A stretch of 64,000 bases of DNA from a virus. Under the pieces are notes generated by a model. It worked only from the letters and a program-made list of their open reading frames with translations, made no database searches and had not been told where the DNA came from. How positions within the stretch are numbered: position 1 is the first letter of the stretch; the number at the start of each line of letters is the position of its first letter. The stretch covers positions 32,001-96,000 of IMG/VR virus record IMGVR_UViG_3300032323_001387, one strand, 5' to 3'. A program made the translations under genes and the position numbers. Positions 59,271 to 64,000 of the stretch are shown in pieces.

Positions 59271-59504
59271 TTAAAATCTTTCTTGAGTTAATGTTTGTGT
59301 TGGCTTAATGCCTTTATCTATACTAATTTTCTCTTTTAGTACTTTAAGGAATATTCTCTTCTCTTCATGGGTTAAATTCCATACTTGTTCATAACTCTGT
59401 CCTGAGTATATGGCCAATGTTGCAACATCTTCTATAAGGGCTTTTGACTCTTTGTCTAAGTTGTTTAATAACTTAAGAACTTCAGGGCCTGACTTTGCTG
59501 TCAA
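59271..59504 (-). CDS. Small gp51-like/tail-chaperone extension ORF, probably reached by -1 frameshift
   Basis: Only a TTG start with no RBS; frame stays open back through T TTT TTC in the upstream gene; SYEQVWNLTHEEKRIF. Confidence 0.7.
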   Translation of the reverse strand: MTAKSGPEVLKLLNNLDKESKALIEDVATLAIYSGQSYEQVWNLTHEEKRIFLKVLKEKISIDKGIKPTQTLTQERF

Positions 59505-59509
59505 AAGCC

Positions 59510-60346
59510 TTATGCGAAAAAAGTTGTTGGGTTTAAATCTATATTGGATTCGTAGTCAGTGCTACAGCCTTGGCAGTTGACATTAAAATTCTTTTTCATG
59601 CCTTTTTGTGCCAATGACATGATGCCGTTTTCAATCTTCTTGAATTCAGGCCGGCTTATTTGTTCTACCCATTCTTTAATGTTTGCGCTATCAGTTACAG
59701 TGACACCATCAGGTAACAACACTGTATCGATACAAGCACTTATAATCAATAAATTTTGATTAGTTAATGTATGATAGCTCTTTTGCAGTATGTTAACTTT
59801 TTCTTTTTCATCCATATTGCCTTGTTCAGCAAGTTGAATGTTTCTAACTTCTTCGTACTGCACCCAATTTAAGTTTAATAGTTGTTTTACGTTAACTGGT
59901 TTAATAAAAACTTTGATACCATCGTCTAATACAATTGGTTCAATCTTATCTACAGTAGTGATGCTGGATATAAAATGATTTAAATTTAACACAGATTCGT
60001 TTTTGGTATTGCAGCTAGGACACTGTGTTTCGATATCCAAGTCTTCGCCGTATGTACAACGTCTAATGGCCAGCAACACAGCATCTAAGTCAATAGCAGG
60101 CATTGTATCTACGCTAGTAATACTGGGTGCACAGCTATTAAGTAATTGTGTGATAGCAGTTCCGTTTAACAGTGCATCAGCGTTTTTCATCAATAGTTCG
60201 TCTTTGGCTGTCATTGGGTATACAGCAATTTCGCCCATGTCATTGAAGTCAGCAGGTTTAGTGTCATAGTATTGACCTTGACTGGGTAGCTTAATCCATA
60301 TTCCTGGTTTTCTGAAATATTGTTTTAGTGGATTGTTTTCTGACAT
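59510..60346 (-). CDS. gp26: Baseplate hub assembly/tail chaperone protein, gp26-like
   Basis: NPLKQYFR.P..WIKLPS.G, PMTAKDE, DLDAVLLAIR..TYG, two CxxC, ends TTFFA; GGAG upstream of MSENN. Confidence 0.8.
   Translation of the reverse strand: MSENNPLKQYFRKPGIWIKLPSQGQYYDTKPADFNDMGEIAVYPMTAKDELLMKNADALLNGTAITQLLNSCAPSITSVDTMPAIDLDAVLLAIRRCTYGEDLDIETQCPSCNTKNESVLNLNHFISSITTVDKIEPIVLDDGIKVFIKPVNVKQLLNLNWVQYEEVRNIQLAEQGNMDEKEKVNILQKSYHTLTNQNLLIISACIDTVLLPDGVTVTDSANIKEWVEQISRPEFKKIENGIMSLAQKGMKKNFNVNCQGCSTDYESNIDLNPTTFFA
59516..59522 (-). other. -1 ribosomal slippery heptamer T TTT TTC
   Basis: ...ACA ACT TTT TTC GCA TAA; the -1 frame reads TTT CGC ATA AGG CTT TTG ACA GCA AAG. Confidence 0.7.
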
Positions 60347-60357
60347 GGTTTTACTCC

Positions 60358-60389
60358 GATAAATAAACTTAGTATAAATGTATTTATAC
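60358..60389. promoter_or_regulatory. Overlapping divergent late promoters
   Basis: GATAAATA plus strand (60358-60365); TATAAATA minus strand (60381-60388) inside the palindrome GTATAAAT-GT-ATTTATAC. Confidence 0.6.
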
Positions 60390-60406
60390 CATAAAAACAT
60401 ACTTTA

Positions 60407-62725
60407 ATGGCTACAGTAACCGGTACAGTCGAACCCAGCATACAAGGCGGAGAAGGTTATTTTACTTTTTCGCTAGATGGTATCTCTACATCTAAACAGA
60501 TGGAGAGATTAATCGATTTGACCGAAGACATGGTCAAAAAAGTAGTTGGTAAAGATGCACAAAGCTTAAAACAGCAAAAAGAACAAACAGCAGCCATCGA
60601 AGATAGCACCGAAGCCATTGAAAGTGAAACGGAAGCTAGAAAAGATTCGACGGCCGAATGGCGCAAAACTACCCAATTTGTTAACAATATATTCCACGGG
60701 CGTTTTGGACTAGCTTTAGATGAATCGTCTAAGGGATTGGCAGCGTTTGCAGGTACAGTTGGCTTTGTATACGCTAAATTAGAAAATTATGGCAATGCAT
60801 TAGGCGAAGGCTTGAAGCGTGGTGTTGCAGGTAGTACATTTGATTTGGCAATTGCGGCCAAATCAGCAGGTGTTAGTATTGCTACATTTACCAAAGCCCT
60901 GGGTGAAAGTGGTGGCGGCTTTGCTAGTCTCGGCGATAATGCCACTGATGGTGCAAAACAATTTGGCGGACTAGTAAAGAACGTTAGACGAGCCACAGCT
61001 GACGTCGGAAATCTAGGAATGAATCTGGATGAAATGGCTGTGTTTACTGCTCAACAAACAAAAACAGCAATACAACAGGGCTTTAAAGGTAAAGCAGCGC
61101 AGGATGTTGTTATTAGAAATAGCCGTGAATTAGGCAAAGAATTAGATGTGTTAGCTTCTAGAACAGGTAAGAGTGTTATGGAATTAGCACAGGCTGCAAT
61201 GAAGCTATCCCAAGATCCTATTGTTTCTAACTTTGTTAGAAGTATGCGATCAGGTGGTCGTGAAGTTTCTGCGTCTATACAAAGCTTTGCTGCAAGTATG
61301 CGAGGCTTGTTCGGCGAAGAAGGCGATAAACTAGCACAAGATGCATTACAGTCTGCTATCAGCGGATTACCATTGGCTATTACTGACACTGGTAAAAATA
61401 TGGTATTGGCTGGCTCTGGCATATACGAAGAACTGGAACGACAAGCTCGAAAAGCAAGATCACAGGAAAAAATAACAGAACAGGATCAAGAAAGACTTCG
61501 TGATTTAGTCATGAAGGAAGTCAAAGGTCGAGAACAAGAACTGGCAGTATTAGCACAGATACAGGGAGCAGCCGGCGACAGTGCTCGTGCATTGTTAAAA
61601 ATGGCCGACCAAGCTGAATATTATAACAGCGAAGACGGCAAGAGAGATCGTAGACGTGCCGATTCTGCAAAACAGTTTAACACAGAATTAAGAGCATTGC
61701 AAGCCAGTTTACAAGAACTGCTAATCCCATTATTGAAAGCAATCAATACTATTGACTGGGCCGCAGTGTTCCAAATAATTTCTTATATCCCTAGAAAAAT
61801 AGGCGAAGTAATGGACTTCTTTGGGGCTATGGTTAAATCAATACCTGAGCCTTTGATGACGTTAATAAGTGGGTTAGGATCTGTACTTAGCACATTTGGC
61901 GGTCTGATATTAGGCGCCGGCGTGGCATTAGGTCTGCTAGCAGTGGCCGCAAAATTAGTCAATGGAGGATTAGGCTTAATAGGAAAAGGCTTGGGTGTAT
62001 TGGGCATTACTACACTGCCTACTTACATATCTAAATATGCCATAGTTAATAAAACATTAGATTCATTTACTTCGGCATTGATGAGAGCCGCGACCGCGGC
62101 TAAGACCGGTGGATTTAATTTCCCGCAAAGAGGTCCAACTAGTCCTACTGGCGGTCCAGCTAGTCCCGCCGGTAATAAAACTAGAACTAGTACAATTTTA
62201 GGAGCCGATGGTAAGCCATTAAAAGTTGAAGTACCTGCACCATCCAGCCCAACTACTACATCCACCGGAAGCGTCTCTTCAAAATTAACCAAAGGCATTG
62301 GTATTGGTGCAGTGACATCCATTGCTTCAGATGTCGCTTCTGATATGTTAGGTCGTGAAACAGTCTTGGGTAGAATTGCTGATACAATTGGAACAACAAT
62401 AGCCGGCGCCAGTACTGGATTGATGTTTGGCGGCTTAAAAGGTGCAGCAGTTGGCGGCGCAGTTGGATTAGGTTCAGGTTTATACAAAAACTTGTTCAGC
62501 GATAGCGCAGGCAGTATATCCAGTGATATCACATCGCAGGCAGCGGAAGGAGATAATCCCGTTCTAAAAGCGCAGTTAGCAAGTATTGAACAACAAAAGA
62601 AAACCAATGATCAAATGGCAGAATTGATTAATGAACAAGCTATTGCCAACAGGTTAGCCTCGATAGGATTAGGTAAAGATGATGATTTGGCACGTAGAAT
62701 AAGTGACATAAGCTTTAACGCATAA
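60407..62725 (+). CDS. Tape-measure-like protein
   Basis: 772 aa, A/G/Q-rich helical, central hydrophobic segment, glycine-zipper repeats; adjacent to the gp26-like gene. Confidence 0.65.
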   Translation: MATVTGTVEPSIQGGEGYFTFSLDGISTSKQMERLIDLTEDMVKKVVGKDAQSLKQQKEQTAAIEDSTEAIESETEARKDSTAEWRKTTQFVNNIFHGRFGLALDESSKGLAAFAGTVGFVYAKLENYGNALGEGLKRGVAGSTFDLAIAAKSAGVSIATFTKALGESGGGFASLGDNATDGAKQFGGLVKNVRRATADVGNLGMNLDEMAVFTAQQTKTAIQQGFKGKAAQDVVIRNSRELGKELDVLASRTGKSVMELAQAAMKLSQDPIVSNFVRSMRSGGREVSASIQSFAASMRGLFGEEGDKLAQDALQSAISGLPLAITDTGKNMVLAGSGIYEELERQARKARSQEKITEQDQERLRDLVMKEVKGREQELAVLAQIQGAAGDSARALLKMADQAEYYNSEDGKRDRRRADSAKQFNTELRALQASLQELLIPLLKAINTIDWAAVFQIISYIPRKIGEVMDFFGAMVKSIPEPLMTLISGLGSVLSTFGGLILGAGVALGLLAVAAKLVNGGLGLIGKGLGVLGITTLPTYISKYAIVNKTLDSFTSALMRAATAAKTGGFNFPQRGPTSPTGGPASPAGNKTRTSTILGADGKPLKVEVPAPSSPTTTSTGSVSSKLTKGIGIGAVTSIASDVASDMLGRETVLGRIADTIGTTIAGASTGLMFGGLKGAAVGGAVGLGSGLYKNLFSDSAGSISSDITSQAAEGDNPVLKAQLASIEQQKKTNDQMAELINEQAIANRLASIGLGKDDDLARRISDISFNA

Positions 62726-62759
62726 CGAATAATTTAATAAATATATAACAGGATAAATT

Positions 62760-64000
62760 ATGAGTTGGCGTAAACACTTTCAAATACCACAAACAGCAAA
62801 TGAAGTAGCAGCTTCTAACAGAGGCAAAGAAGCTCATCACATGGGCAGTTCTAGCAAGTTCAGTAGCTGGCTTAAAGACGTATACACAGGTACACCCAAT
62901 CGTGTTGACCGTTATGTTCAATACGAAATAATGGATAACGACAGCGAAGTTAACAGCGCATTAGACACTGTTGCTGAATTTTGTACCCAATTTGACTTTG
63001 AAAGCAATTTGCCTTTTACCATTGAACACTTTCAAGATCCCACCGAAGCAGAAGTTAAGGTATTAAATGCCAGCTTGCGCCAATGGTGTTTGTTAAATGA
63101 TTGGAACAAGCGTGTATGGCGTATGGTACGTAATACGCTAAAATTTGGTGATCAGTTCTTCGTTCGTGATCCTGAAACGTATGTTTTATACTACGTAGAT
63201 GCTTCTGATGTATCGAAAGTTATTATTAACGAAGCTAAGGGTAAAGAAGTTGAACAATATTTGATTAAGAATATTAGCTTAGACGTTAATAACAAAGTAG
63301 CAACAAGCCCATTAATTACGGACCAAAACTATGGTCCCACACAGTTTAATAAACAGGCATTTACACAGTTTGCTACTCCAAACGCAGGTACTAATACTAC
63401 TTCAAATCAAGTAGAAACAGCAGTTAATGCCAGTCACGTTGTGCATTTAAGCCTAAGTGAAGGCATGGATATAAACTATCCATTTGGTACAAGTATTCTT
63501 GAATCAGTGTACAAGGTATATCAACAAAAGAGTTTATTAGAAGATAGTATCATTATCTATCGTGTTCAACGTGCCCCGGAACGTAGGGTATTCTATATTG
63601 ACGTAGGTAACATGCCTGCTAACATGGCTATGAGCTTTGTCGATAGAGTTAAAAATGAGATTCATCAACGTAGAATTCCAAGTCGTACTGGTGGCGGAAC
63701 AAGCATTATGGATGCTAGTTATAACCCATTAAGTATGTTAGAAGACTACTTCTTTGCCCAAACAGCTGAAGGTCGTGGCAGTAAAGTTGAAGTATTGCCG
63801 GGTGGTGATAACTTGGGTCAAATTGATGACTTAAAGTATTTTACTAACAAATTAATGCGAGCATTGCGTATTCCTAGCAGCTATATGCCAACTGGTCCAG
63901 ATGATGGTACAGCATCATATAACGATGGTAGAGTAGGTACAGCCTTTATTCAAGAATATCGCTTTAACAAATATTGCCAGCGTTTACAAAATCTAATGAT
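62760..64000 (+). CDS. gp20: Portal vertex protein, T4 gp20-like (runs off the window); missing from the track
   Basis: MSWRKHF...LLEDSIIIYRVQRAPERRVFYIDVGNMP...MLEDYFF...GRGSKVEVLPGG.NLGQIDDLKYF; AATAAATA at 62736-62743. Confidence 0.95.
   Translation, partial: MSWRKHFQIPQTANEVAASNRGKEAHHMGSSSKFSSWLKDVYTGTPNRVDRYVQYEIMDNDSEVNSALDTVAEFCTQFDFESNLPFTIEHFQDPTEAEVKVLNASLRQWCLLNDWNKRVWRMVRNTLKFGDQFFVRDPETYVLYYVDASDVSKVIINEAKGKEVEQYLIKNISLDVNNKVATSPLITDQNYGPTQFNKQAFTQFATPNAGTNTTSNQVETAVNASHVVHLSLSEGMDINYPFGTSILESVYKVYQQKSLLEDSIIIYRVQRAPERRVFYIDVGNMPANMAMSFVDRVKNEIHQRRIPSRTGGGTSIMDASYNPLSMLEDYFFAQTAEGRGSKVEVLPGGDNLGQIDDLKYFTNKLMRALRIPSSYMPTGPDDGTASYNDGRVGTAFIQEYRFNKYCQRLQNLM

Noticed and set aside
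401-62921. Many 60-190 aa ORFs antisense to or nested in long genes (e.g. 44295-44864, 62023-62607, 10359-10697, 62715-62921)
   Set aside because: Shadow frames of well-supported genes, with no motifs or initiation signals
1-64000. Stop-codon reassignment, as seen in some jumbo phages
   Set aside because: Long intact ORFs under the standard code; TAA, TGA and TAG all end genes at sensible boundaries

Overview
AT-rich segment of a large T4-related (jumbo-type) myophage genome in the standard genetic code; no bacterial housekeeping genes, rRNA, recognisable tRNA or CRISPR array. (1) 1-26,001, minus strand: a densely packed ~26 kb modification cluster with a nitroreductase, three radical SAM enzymes, a methyltransferase-like protein, a carbamoyltransferase, a minimal ThDP alpha/beta pair, RmlC, three NDP-sugar SDRs, four SGNH-like proteins and about nine glycosyltransferase-like proteins. 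It lies directly downstream of (2) tail-fibre/baseplate genes (26-42.5 kb and 47.4-54.4 kb, minus), which are interrupted by (3) a mostly plus-strand island with sigma70-type promoters (HNH, DNA ligase, MazG-like). (4) Plus-strand gp55-gp47-gp46-Hc1-GIY-YIG operon, followed by a 515-bp hairpin-dense non-coding region that looks like a large structured RNA. (5) A gp26-like gene and a small downstream ORF joined by a -1 slippery site, a divergent tape-measure-like gene and the 5' part of the portal gene. Most notable: the GIY-YIG/structured-RNA pair, the probable virion-decoration cluster, the -1 frameshift, an Ig-like domain split over two genes and a (Gly-Tyr)n insert. All family calls come from reading motifs by eye; no searches were run.
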